Positions 24,628 to 34,893 of a stretch of DNA of 64,000 bases are shown here, one piece after another (positions within the stretch are counted from its first letter, which is position 1; every line of letters starts with the position of its first letter). The notes under the pieces were generated by a model. The model saw only the letters and a list, made by a program, of their open reading frames with translations. It was not told the DNA's origin and ran no database searches. This DNA is from Candidatus Eiseniibacteriota bacterium (GTDB taxonomy: Bacteria > Eisenbacteria > RBG-16-71-46): contig JBGPFC010000002.1 in the NCBI GenBank assembly GCA_041483195.1, forward strand, positions 32,001-96,000. Direction: 5' to 3'. A program made the position numbers and the translations under genes.

Positions 24628-25766
24628 GGCCGCGTCGCCCCGAGGCGCAGCGCCAGGTCGGGCACGCTCGCGACCGCGAGCAGCGCCATCACGACGTAGA
24701 CCTTGTGGTTCGCCTGGCGCGCGACGTTCACGCGATGGCGGCCCATCACGGCGGGCGAGACCTCGGCGCCGATGTCGGCGGGCAGGCAGTGAAGGTAGAG
24801 CGCCTCGCCGCGCGCGGTGAGCCCCATGCGGCGCTCGTCGCAGATCCAGTCCCGGTGCGCAGCGTTGCGCTCGAGCGCCGCGCCCTCGATCGCGCGCATC
24901 CGCTCGCGGTCGCGCGCCCGGTTGGCGTCGACGCGCTCCAGCATCAGGTCGTACGGGCCCCAGCTCTTGGGGTAGACGGCCTCCGCATCGCGGAACGCAT
25001 CGTCCATGGAGTCCACCACCGTGAAGCGTCCGTTCGATTCGCGCGCGCCGTCGACGGCCGCGGCGAGGCATTCGTCCATCAGGCGGTATCCGGGCGGATG
25101 CGCGAGCCGCACGTCGGCGCCGAACCGCGTGAGCAGCGTGATGAGCCCCTGCGGCACGGAGAGCGGCTTCGCGTAGCTGGGGGAGTACGCCCAGCTCACG
25201 GCGATCCTGCGATTCGCGAGCCCCGCGGGGAATCGTTCGCGCAGCCACTGGAGATCGGCGAGCGTCTGCGTGGGATGATCCACGTCGCACTGGAGGTTCA
25301 CGATCGGGACCGCGCGCGGGTCGCCGCTCGCCTCCAGGTACTCGTCGATCCCGCGCTTCACTTCACGCATGAATCGCTGGCCCTCGCCGAGGATCAGGTC
25401 GTGGCGAATGCCGAGCGCATGCGCGTTCATGCCCAGCATCGCCCCGGTCTCTGCGGCGGTCTCGCCGTGCTCGACCTGGGTCGAGCTGCCGTCCACGATC
25501 ACGGGCTGCATCCCGAGCCGCGCGGCCGCGCCCGCCCACGCGGACTTGGTGCGCGTCGAGTTGTCGAAGAACAGCGCGTAGGCGAGACGGTGGGGCAGCA
25601 GGTCGAGCGGGTGCCCGGCGCGGTCGAGCGCCGCGAACCGCGCCGCGACGGCGAGCAGCGTCTCGATCTCGGACCGCGTCCAGTCGGTGGTGAGCAGCAG
25701 GCTCCGGCCGCGGAGCGCTTCGAGGGCGGCGGGTTCGAGGGCGGCGGGGGCGGCGGCGCGGGTCAT
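24624..25766 (-). CDS. ygeW: YgeW-like knotted carbamoyltransferase
   Basis: DNSTRT, HGETAAET, NLQCDVDHPTQ, WAYSPSYAKPLSVPQG, YPKSW, HCLPAD. Confidence 0.88.
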   Translation of the reverse strand: MTRAAAPAALEPAALEALRGRSLLLTTDWTRSEIETLLAVAARFAALDRAGHPLDLLPHRLAYALFFDNSTRTKSAWAGAAARLGMQPVIVDGSSTQVEHGETAAETGAMLGMNAHALGIRHDLILGEGQRFMREVKRGIDEYLEASGDPRAVPIVNLQCDVDHPTQTLADLQWLRERFPAGLANRRIAVSWAYSPSYAKPLSVPQGLITLLTRFGADVRLAHPPGYRLMDECLAAAVDGARESNGRFTVVDSMDDAFRDAEAVYPKSWGPYDLMLERVDANRARDRERMRAIEGAALERNAAHRDWICDERRMGLTARGEALYLHCLPADIGAEVSPAVMGRHRVNVARQANHKVYVVMALLAVASVPDLALRLGATRP

Positions 25767-26713
25767 GGAATCTCCTTCACGATCCGGGTGCCCGCGCGTC
25801 CTTCGAAGGCGTCGACGAGGCACTCGGGGCGGCAGATGGTGACCTCCTCGCCGCCGCGCGCGAGGAACCGCATCGCGGCCTCGACCTTGGGGCCCATGCT
25901 CCCTGGCGGAAATTGCCCGGCGGTCGCGAGCGTCTCGAGCTCGGCGAGGGTGGTCTGACGCAGCGGACGGCGGCGCTCGGTGAGGTAGTCGCGGTAGATC
26001 GCGTCCACCGAGGTCGTGATGAACATGCGCTTCGCGCCGAGCGCCAGCGCGAGCAGCGCGCTCGCGCGGTCCTTGTCGATGACCGCCTCGAGGCCGCGCA
26101 CGCGCCCTTCGCCGTTCCGCACGACCGGGATGCCGCCGCCACCGCACGCGATCACGATGACTCCGGCCTCTACCAGCCGGCGGATGGTCTCGAGCTGCAC
26201 GATCTCGATGGGGGCGGGCGATGGGACGACGCGCCGCCAGCCCCGGTGCGAGTCCTCGACCATGTCCCAGCCGCGCTCCGCGCGCAGGCCTTCGGCCTCC
26301 GCGGCTTCGTAGAACTTGCCGATCGGCTTGGTGGGCTCCGTGAAGGCGCGATCGCGCGGATCCACCTCCACCTCGGTCACCAGCGTCGCGACCTCGGCCG
26401 CGATGCCGCGGCGACGGAGCGCCTCGCGCAGGTCGCGCTGGATCATGTAGCCGAGCGCGCCCTGCGAATCCGCCACCAGCGAGTCGAGCGGCACCTCGTG
26501 GATCTGCGATTTCGCGAGCTCGACCCGCAGCTGCATGAATCCGATCTGCGGGCCATTGCCGTGGGTGATGACCACCTGCACCCCGCGCGCGATGAGCTCC
26601 GCGAGCGGCACGACCGCGCGCGCGGTCACCGCGAACTGGTTTTCGACAGTGGGCGGCAGCCCGGGATCGAGCAGGGAATTGCCGCCCATGGCGATCACGA
26701 CCGGATGTGACAT
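25763..26713 (-). CDS. arcC: Carbamate kinase
   Basis: [51 protein letters not shown]. Confidence 0.95.
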   Translation of the reverse strand: MSHPVVIAMGGNSLLDPGLPPTVENQFAVTARAVVPLAELIARGVQVVITHGNGPQIGFMQLRVELAKSQIHEVPLDSLVADSQGALGYMIQRDLREALRRRGIAAEVATLVTEVEVDPRDRAFTEPTKPIGKFYEAAEAEGLRAERGWDMVEDSHRGWRRVVPSPAPIEIVQLETIRRLVEAGVIVIACGGGGIPVVRNGEGRVRGLEAVIDKDRASALLALALGAKRMFITTSVDAIYRDYLTERRRPLRQTTLAELETLATAGQFPPGSMGPKVEAAMRFLARGGEEVTICRPECLVDAFEGRAGTRIVKEIP

Positions 26714-26790
26714 GAGGCGCCCTCGCGTGTCGCGGCCGGCAGCTTCCCGCCCGAGGCCGGCGCGGGGGCGGGCCGCGTGCCCCGATCGAG

Positions 26791-26806
26791 CGCAACCTTT
26801 GTGCCG
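26791..26806 (-). promoter_or_regulatory. Sigma54 (-24/-12) promoter for the arcC-ygeW-ygeY-xdh-ssnA-ygfK operon
   Basis: Minus strand CGGCACAAAGGTTGCG matches TGGCAC-N5-TTGC with GG-N10-GC spacing, about 78 bp before the arcC ATG. Confidence 0.75.
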
Positions 26807-27000
26807 GAGCCGCGAGCCGCCCCGGGCGCGTGCGGGCTTCGGTTTGGGCGGTGCGCGCGCCCGGCGCGCCGCCTCGGCCCCGCCCCTCCATGACAGTTTC
26901 AGCAGGCCGCCTGACAGGAAAGCATCCCGTCCCGCCCCCGGAGAGCCGGAGGCCAGGGGCTGCGCCGCGCGCGGCATGCGGATAGGATCGGGACCGGCTT

Positions 27001-27016
27001 CGGCCCGCGGATTGCA
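27001..27016 (+). promoter_or_regulatory. Sigma54 (-24/-12) promoter for the PLP-enzyme pair
   Basis: CGGCCCGCGGATTGCA has GG-N10-GC spacing with TTGCA, about 80 bp before ATG 27096. Confidence 0.6.
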
Positions 27017-27095
27017 GCGCGGCCCCGTGGCCCGGGTGATCGCGCGCGAATCGCTCGCGCGCCGGCGAGGCGCGCACGAAAGGAACCGACTCCGC

Positions 27096-28595
27096 ATGTC
27101 CGTCTCAGACTTCACCACCGAGATCGAGAGCCGTGAGGTATACGATCGCGCGGTGCGGCGCTTCCGCGAAGCCCGCGTCTCGCTCCCCACCTTCGCGGAG
27201 CTCGCCGATCCGAGGCGCATCGCGCGCGGCACGCTCGCCTCGCTCGCGGGCGCCGATCCCGACGCCCCCGATGCGCGCAATCTCTACCGCGTCCACTGGT
27301 GGAACGACCGCTCGCGCCGGGCCCTGTCGGAGGTGCCCGACCACCTGGTCCTGACCCGCGAGCTCACCGGCGTCGAGTCCCCGATCCTGGTCGCGCTCGG
27401 GAATCGATTCCCGATGATCCGCGCGCACAAGGTGCTCGCGGCCTACGCGTGTCTCGCGCCGCGCGTCGTCACCGGGCGGTTCGATCCAACCTCGCATCGC
27501 GCGGTGTGGCCTTCGACCGGGAACTACTGCCGCGGCGGCGTCGCGATCTCGCGGATCATGGGCTGCCGGGGGGTCGCCGTGCTCCCAGAGGGCATGAGCG
27601 ACGAGCGATTCCGCTGGCTCGAGCGCTGGGTCGTGGATCCCGCCGACATCGTGCGAACCCCCGGAACCGAGAGCAACGTGAAGGAGATCTACGATCGGTG
27701 CGCGGTGCTCGAGCGCGATCCCGCGAACGTGATCCTGAACCAGTTCAGCGAGTGGGGAAACCACCTCGCGCACCTGATGTGCACGGGGCCGGCGCTCGAA
27801 TCCGTGTTCGAGGCCGCGCGTGCCTCGCGCCCGGGGCTGCGGCTCGCGGCGTTCGTATCGGCCAGCGGCTCGGCCGGCACCCTCGCCGCCGGCGACTGGG
27901 TGAAGGAGCGCCACGCCGCTCGCATCGTCGCGGTCGAGGCGCTCGAGTGCCCGACGCTGCTCGAGAACGGGTTCGGCGAGCACAACATCCAGGGCATCGG
28001 GGACAAGCACGTGCCCTTCATCCACAACGTGATGAACACCGACGTCGTGGCCGCGGTCTCGGATCGCGCGACCGACCAGCTCGGCGTGCTGTTCGCGTCG
28101 GACGAGGGGCGGGCCTACCTGGCGGCGCGGCGCGGCGTGCCGCCCGCCACCCTCGCCGCTCTCGACGGCCTCGGGCTCTCGAGCATCTGCAACGTGGTCG
28201 CGGCGGTGAAGACCGCGAAGGCGCTGCGACTCGGCCCCGGCGACGCGATCGTCACCGTGGCGACCGATGGCGCCGAGCTGTACGCCTCCGAGCGGCACAA
28301 GACGATGGCGCGCGACTTCGCGGGCGGGTTCGACGCGACCGCCGCCGCCGAGACCTTCGGGCGTCACATGCTGGGCGCCGACGAGGCGCACCTGCTGGTG
28401 CTCGACGACCGCGAGCGCCGGCGCATCTTCAATCTCGGTTACTACACCTGGGTCGAGCAGCAGGGGGTGTCGCTCGCGGAGTTCTCGGCGCGCGGCGATC
28501 AGGCGTACTGGATCGGGCTGCGCGAGCGGGTGGCCCGGTGGGACGAGATGATCCGCGAGTTCAACCGGCGCACCGGCATGGCGGCGGCGCATTGA
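27096..28595 (+). CDS. PLP-dependent fold-type II enzyme ('pyridoxal-phosphate-dependent protein subunit beta'), uncharacterised
   Basis: AHKVLAAY (PLP Lys), [35 protein letters not shown]. Confidence 0.85.
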   Translation: MSVSDFTTEIESREVYDRAVRRFREARVSLPTFAELADPRRIARGTLASLAGADPDAPDARNLYRVHWWNDRSRRALSEVPDHLVLTRELTGVESPILVALGNRFPMIRAHKVLAAYACLAPRVVTGRFDPTSHRAVWPSTGNYCRGGVAISRIMGCRGVAVLPEGMSDERFRWLERWVVDPADIVRTPGTESNVKEIYDRCAVLERDPANVILNQFSEWGNHLAHLMCTGPALESVFEAARASRPGLRLAAFVSASGSAGTLAAGDWVKERHAARIVAVEALECPTLLENGFGEHNIQGIGDKHVPFIHNVMNTDVVAAVSDRATDQLGVLFASDEGRAYLAARRGVPPATLAALDGLGLSSICNVVAAVKTAKALRLGPGDAIVTVATDGAELYASERHKTMARDFAGGFDATAAAETFGRHMLGADEAHLLVLDDRERRRIFNLGYYTWVEQQGVSLAEFSARGDQAYWIGLRERVARWDEMIREFNRRTGMAAAH

Positions 28596-28597
28596 GC

Positions 28598-30031
28598 GTG
28601 AAGGTCGCGAGCCGCCTCGCGTGTGCGGGCTGCGGCGATGCGCCCGGGGCGCGCGACGCCTACCCGTTTCGTTGTCCACGCGCCGGATCGGACGACGGCG
28701 CGGACCACGTGCTCACGCGCGTGCTCGACCTCGAGCCGGAGCGTTTCGCCCCGCAGGCGTCCCACCCGCGGTTCGCATGGGACGATGCAGAGCACCCGTT
28801 CGTGAGGTTCCGCACCCTGCTCCATGCGTACCATCGCGCCCGCGCGGGAGGAATGCTCGACGGCGAGTTCGCGGGGCGGGTTGCCGCGCTCGACGCGCGG
28901 GTCGCGGCGGTCGACGGACGGGGCTTTCGCGTCACGCCCTTCGCCCCGAGCCCGGCGCTCGGCGTGCAGCTCGGGGTCGCGGGCGGTCTGTGGATCAAGG
29001 ACGAGACCGAGAACGTCGCGGGCTCGCACAAGGCGCGGCACCTGTTCGGCATCCTGCTCCACCTCGAGGTGGCGGAGGGCATCGGGCTGACCTCGCGCGC
29101 CGAGAGCGATCGGCGCGGGCTCGCGATCGCGAGCTGCGGCAACGCGGCGCTCGCGGCGGCCGTGCTCGCGCGCGCGAGCGAGCGCCCGCTTGGCGTCTTC
29201 ATCCCGACCGACGCCGATCCCCGCGTGGTCGAGCGGCTGAAGGCGCTCGGCGCACGCATCACCGTCTGCCCCCGTCGCGGGGGCGAGCGTGGCGATCCGT
29301 GCATGCACGAGTTCCGCCGCGCCGTCGCGGCCGGCGCGCTCCCGTTCTGCTGCCAGGGGAGCGAGAACGGCCTCACGATCGAGGGAGGCGAGACGCTTGC
29401 GTGGGAGATTGCCTCCTCGCTCGCATCGGAGGGGGCCACGCTCGACCGGCTCTTCGTCCAGGTGGGCGGCGGCGCGCTCGCGAGCGCCACCGTGCAGGGA
29501 TTGCGCGAGGCGAAGGCGCTCGGCGCGATCCAGCGCCTGCCGCGCATCCATCCGGTGCAGACGCGTGGCGCGCATCCGCTGCGCCGCGCGTACGAGCGGG
29601 TGCGCGCGCGGATCTGCGAGGCGCTCGGCGCGCGCGAGACCGGCGATGAGGCGTGCGCGGACTTGATGCGGGAAGCCGCCGGCGGCCAGCGGGTGCGCGA
29701 TGTGCTCCACGACGCGCAGCTGCACCGCGCCCGGTTCATGTGGCCGTGGGAGGAGACGCCGCACAGCGTCGCGCACGGGATTCTCGACGACGAGACCTAC
29801 GATTGGCACGCGGTGGTCGCCGGCGTGATCGAGACCGGCGGCTGGCCGGTCACCGCGGGGGAGGACGCGCTTCGGGAGGCGCGGGCGCTGGCCCACGACG
29901 TCGCCGGGATCCACGCGGATCACACCGGGGCCGCCGGGCTCGCGGGGCTGATCGCGTTGCGCGGGAGCTCCGGCACGCGGCCCCACGAGTCCGCGGCGAT
30001 CCTCATGACCGGGATCGAGCGCCGCGGCTAG
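28598..30031 (+). CDS. Threonine-synthase-like PLP-dependent enzyme
   Basis: N-terminal CxxC..C, WIKDETENVAGSHKARH (PLP Lys), ASCGNAA, IEGGET, QVGGGAL. Confidence 0.8.
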   Translation: MKVASRLACAGCGDAPGARDAYPFRCPRAGSDDGADHVLTRVLDLEPERFAPQASHPRFAWDDAEHPFVRFRTLLHAYHRARAGGMLDGEFAGRVAALDARVAAVDGRGFRVTPFAPSPALGVQLGVAGGLWIKDETENVAGSHKARHLFGILLHLEVAEGIGLTSRAESDRRGLAIASCGNAALAAAVLARASERPLGVFIPTDADPRVVERLKALGARITVCPRRGGERGDPCMHEFRRAVAAGALPFCCQGSENGLTIEGGETLAWEIASSLASEGATLDRLFVQVGGGALASATVQGLREAKALGAIQRLPRIHPVQTRGAHPLRRAYERVRARICEALGARETGDEACADLMREAAGGQRVRDVLHDAQLHRARFMWPWEETPHSVAHGILDDETYDWHAVVAGVIETGGWPVTAGEDALREARALAHDVAGIHADHTGAAGLAGLIALRGSSGTRPHESAAILMTGIERRG

Positions 30032-30054
30032 CGCGACGCCCGACCCGCCCCTGG

Positions 30055-32616
30055 CTACTTCTTCAGCGCGTCTTCCAGCGCCTGCACGCGCGATTCGAGC
30101 GCGCGATTCCGGTCCTTCAAACGGTCGATCTCGTTCCGGAGCTCGCCGGCGGGATGATCGCCCTTCGCGCCGAGCTTCTTCTGCGCGTCCAGCACGCTGC
30201 TCGCGCCGAGATCCTCCGGCTCGCGCGCGAGCGCGCGGGCGAGCGCGGGCAGCGCATCGGGGTCCCCCAGCGTTCCGAGCGCGCTCGACGCCTCCTGGCG
30301 CAGCCGCACGTGGTCGTCCCACAGCAACGGCTCGATCGCGAGCCGCGCGTCGCGGCGGGTGGTCTTGCCGGCGGCCGGTTCGGCCGGGAGCTTCGCCCCC
30401 AGCTTGCCGAGCGCGCGCGCAGCAGCGATCCGCACCGTGAGCGGCTCGCGTGGATGGGTGCGGGCGACCATGATCGCGAACCCGCGCGGATCGGCGAGCT
30501 CCGCGAGCGCGTCGAGCGCCGCGGTGCGCAGCGTGTCGTTCCACGACGCCCGCGCCAGGGCCTTCTCGCATTGCGCGAACGCGTCGTCCGCCCCGAGCTG
30601 CGCGAGCGCGCCGAGGCCCGCGGCCGCGACGCCGTATGCCGGGTCGGCGAGCGCCGCGCGCGCCGCCGCCGCCGCGCCGCTCGTCTCGCGGAAGTGCGCG
30701 AGCGCCGCGACCGCGACCTTTCGCACCCGCGCGTCCGGATCGTGGAGCCCGGGCTCGAGGCCGGCCAGCCCCGACGCGGTCGGGACCGCGCCCAGCGCGT
30801 TGGCCGCGGCGCGCCGCACCGCCCAGAAGCGGTCCTCCTTGAGCGCGCGCGCGAGCGCCGCGAGCGCGGCGGGGCGTCCCGCCATGTCGGCGAGCGCCCT
30901 CGCGGCTTCGATGCGGCTCGCGCCGAGCGGGGCGTCGGCGAGCTGCGCCGCGAGCTCCGGGGCGGGGCGCTCGAAGGAGAGCCTGCACAGCACCGAGAGA
31001 TCGTCGTTCACCTCGACGTAGCGCGGGCGCGACGGCAGGGTCACGTAGGTCTCCTGGTGGCGTCCGTCCACCCGCAGGCTGCCCCGCAGGTCGCCGGAGG
31101 CGAGCGCGAAGCGGAGCGGCAGATCGAAGCGGAACACCGGCGTGAGGCTGTCGCTGGGCTGAGTCTGCTCGACGACGATGTGCGCGAGGCGGCGCTGATC
31201 GAGCCATTCCCAGGTCACGTGCAGGGACGGCACGCCGGCCCGCTCCACCCACTGGTCGAAGAACCCGTCGAGTCCCGCGCCGGTCGCCTGTTCCATCGCG
31301 TGACGGAACGCGTCGGTGTCCACGCTGGTTCCGCCATTCACGTCGAGGTAGTGGCGCATCCCGCGAAAGAACGCGTCGTCGCCGAGCATGCGCCGCAGCA
31401 TGTGGAGCGTCCAGCTGCCGCGCGCGTAGATGCCGGCGTCGAACACCTCGTGCGCGAAGCGGCGGTTGGGCTCCACCACCGGCCGCCGGCCCTTGCTCTC
31501 TTCGTTCGCGAAGATGCCCGCGCGCTCGTCGAGCAGCGAGCGATCCATCTCGTCACGGCCCCACGCGTGTTCCCACCAGAGATCCGCGCCGAACGTCGCG
31601 AAGCCCTCGTTGAGCCAGGCGTGCGCCCATTCCCGACACGTGATGTAGTCGCCGAACCACTGATGAGCGAGCTCGTGCGCGACCAGTCCCTCCTCGCTGC
31701 GCTCGAGCGCGGCGGCGCGGTCCAGCAGGATGCGTTCGGTCATGGTCGTGGCCGTGATGTTCTCCATGCCGCCGAAGGTGAAGTCCTGCACGACGACCTG
31801 CGCGTACTTGTCGTACGGATAGCGCGCGCCGAAGCGCTCCGAGAAGAACTCCATCATCTCGGGGGTGCGTCCGAGCGAACGCGCGACCCGCTCCTCGGTG
31901 CCGGGCGGCACGAAGTACTGCACCGGGATCCCGCGCCACACGGTGTCGACGCGCGCGAACGTCCCGGCCGCGACCATCACGAGGTAGGAGGGATGGGGGA
32001 ACTCGAGCCGCCAGTGATAGGTGGTCTCGCCGCGCGCCCGGTCGGGAAGCGTCTCGACCAGGCGGCCGTTCCCGAGCGCGAACATGCCCGCCGGCACGGT
32101 GTACCACAGGTCGCTCGCCGCGCGCTCGACGGGCTCGTCGACGTCGGGGAACCAGAAGCGCGCGCCCTCCTCCTCGCCCTGCGACCACACCTCGGCGCGC
32201 CGGCCCGGATGGTTCGCGTCGGGGCCCGCCCAGTAGAGTCCCGCGCGCGGCGCGGCGTCGTAGGCGATGGTGATCGCCGCCTGATCGCCGCGGGCGAGCG
32301 TGCGCGCGAATCGCACCATCAGCCGCGACTCGTCGCTCTCGTAAGCGAGCGCGCCGCCCGCGCTGTCGCGCACCGAGAGCACGCGCAGCTCTCGCGCGTT
32401 GAGGTTCAGCGTGGCCAGCGTGTCGAGCGCACGCCCGGCGAGCGTCATGCGGCCCTCGATCCGGCGGTGCGCGAAGTCGAATCGCACGCGGAGATCGCGA
32501 TGCTCGATGTCGAAAGCGCGCGAGGGTGTGTCGTGAACGACGCGGGCCGGCTCGGCCATCGCGGGCGCGGCGAGCAGGCATATGGCGAGTGCGGCAACGA
32601 CGCCTGAGGCTTGCAT
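30055..32616 (-). CDS. M1-family aminopeptidase with HEAT-like repeats and C-terminal coiled coil
   Basis: Signal peptide, GGMEN, HELAHQWFG..NEGFA zinc motif, repeated VR..AA.ALG HEAT units. Confidence 0.9.
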   Translation of the reverse strand: MQASGVVAALAICLLAAPAMAEPARVVHDTPSRAFDIEHRDLRVRFDFAHRRIEGRMTLAGRALDTLATLNLNARELRVLSVRDSAGGALAYESDESRLMVRFARTLARGDQAAITIAYDAAPRAGLYWAGPDANHPGRRAEVWSQGEEEGARFWFPDVDEPVERAASDLWYTVPAGMFALGNGRLVETLPDRARGETTYHWRLEFPHPSYLVMVAAGTFARVDTVWRGIPVQYFVPPGTEERVARSLGRTPEMMEFFSERFGARYPYDKYAQVVVQDFTFGGMENITATTMTERILLDRAAALERSEEGLVAHELAHQWFGDYITCREWAHAWLNEGFATFGADLWWEHAWGRDEMDRSLLDERAGIFANEESKGRRPVVEPNRRFAHEVFDAGIYARGSWTLHMLRRMLGDDAFFRGMRHYLDVNGGTSVDTDAFRHAMEQATGAGLDGFFDQWVERAGVPSLHVTWEWLDQRRLAHIVVEQTQPSDSLTPVFRFDLPLRFALASGDLRGSLRVDGRHQETYVTLPSRPRYVEVNDDLSVLCRLSFERPAPELAAQLADAPLGASRIEAARALADMAGRPAALAALARALKEDRFWAVRRAAANALGAVPTASGLAGLEPGLHDPDARVRKVAVAALAHFRETSGAAAAARAALADPAYGVAAAGLGALAQLGADDAFAQCEKALARASWNDTLRTAALDALAELADPRGFAIMVARTHPREPLTVRIAAARALGKLGAKLPAEPAAGKTTRRDARLAIEPLLWDDHVRLRQEASSALGTLGDPDALPALARALAREPEDLGASSVLDAQKKLGAKGDHPAGELRNEIDRLKDRNRALESRVQALEDALKK

Positions 32617-32789
32617 GCGGGGTCTCCTCCCGGGTGGAAACCGGAGAATATTGAGGAGCGGCGGGCGCGGGTCAACCGGCGCGTCGAGCCCGGGGTTTGA
32701 TTCGACGCGATGCGCCTGCTAGCGTGCCGCGCGGTTTTTCGCGCGGTTACGCTCGGAACGCGGCGCGTGGTTTCGTCCGGAGGTCGAAC

Positions 32790-34061
<1,272 letters not shown>

Positions 34062-34200
34062 GCCACGCGCGGCGCTGCGTTGCCCCGTCCGCGGGCTTCG
34101 GCATAGACTCCGCGCGCCGCGAGCGGGGCGGAGGGCGGTCGCGGTTCGCCGCGCTCGCGGTGAGCGCCGTCCCGACGACCTGCACGTACGTGCAGTCCGT

Positions 34201-34276
34201 GACCCGTTAGCTCAGTCGGTAGAGCACCTGCCTTTTAAGCAGGGTGTCGCTGGTTCGATCCCAGCACGGGTCACCA
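34201..34276 (+). tRNA. tRNA-Lys(TTT)
   Basis: Acceptor GACCCGT/ACGGGTC, anticodon arm CCTGC-CTTTTAA-GCAGG, GGTTCGATCCC T-loop, encoded CCA. Confidence 0.96.
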
Positions 34277-34513
34277 ACTTGGTACGGTACCTCGGTGCGG
34301 ATCGCCTTTGGGGCGGCCGCTCCCCGCGATCGCCGCGGGCTCCCGGGAGGGGGGGGCGATCGAAGGAATTTCGGGTCCCGTTAATTTTCTGTAAACCCGT
34401 TCCGGCGGGCTCCGCATCTAGACAACCCGTCAGTTGGCGCCCCCCCCGAAGGTCGCCGACCTCACGATGGCCGCGTGATGCGAGGCCGCGCACGTGGTTC
34501 TCCCTGGCCAGCG

Positions 34514-34792
34514 ATGGAGCAACGGGAAGTGGACTGTATTGGAGTCCGGGACAAGCTCTCGGAGTTTCTGGACCGCGATCTCGTCGACGCGATTTGTCGC
34601 GAGATCGAAGAACATCTCGAGCGATGCCGCGATTGCAGGGTCGAAGTCGACACGGTGAGGAAGACCATCACGCTCTATCAGAACGTCGGTGACGTCGAGG
34701 TCCCGATGCAGGTGACGGCGGCGCTCGAGAGCGCGCTGTCGCGCGAGTACCAGCGCGCAACTTCCGCGACACCCGAAGGGGCCGCCGATTGA
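34514..34792 (+). CDS. Small zf-HC2 (ZAS-type) anti-sigma-factor-like protein
   Basis: C..V...LSEFLD.......IEEHLERCRDC (HxxxCxxC) motif. Confidence 0.85.
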   Translation: MEQREVDCIGVRDKLSEFLDRDLVDAICREIEEHLERCRDCRVEVDTVRKTITLYQNVGDVEVPMQVTAALESALSREYQRATSATPEGAAD

Positions 34793-34818
34793 CAGGCGCT
34801 CCGCGCGCCGCGTAGATT
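34789..34818 (+). promoter_or_regulatory. Putative sigma70 promoter for ychF
   Basis: TTGACA-N18-TAGATT. Confidence 0.5.
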
Positions 34819-34893
34819 TCCCCAATCGAGACCGCACACCGCCCGCGGGAAGTCGCCCTCGCGGGCGGTTCTGTTCCCTCCACCGGAGCACTC

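Noticed and set aside
34277..34513. Possible integrative element at the tRNA-Lys 3' end (locally lower GC)
   Set aside because: No integrase, and I found no duplicated tRNA 3' end (att site) in the window; the AT-richer patch is explained by promoter sequence.
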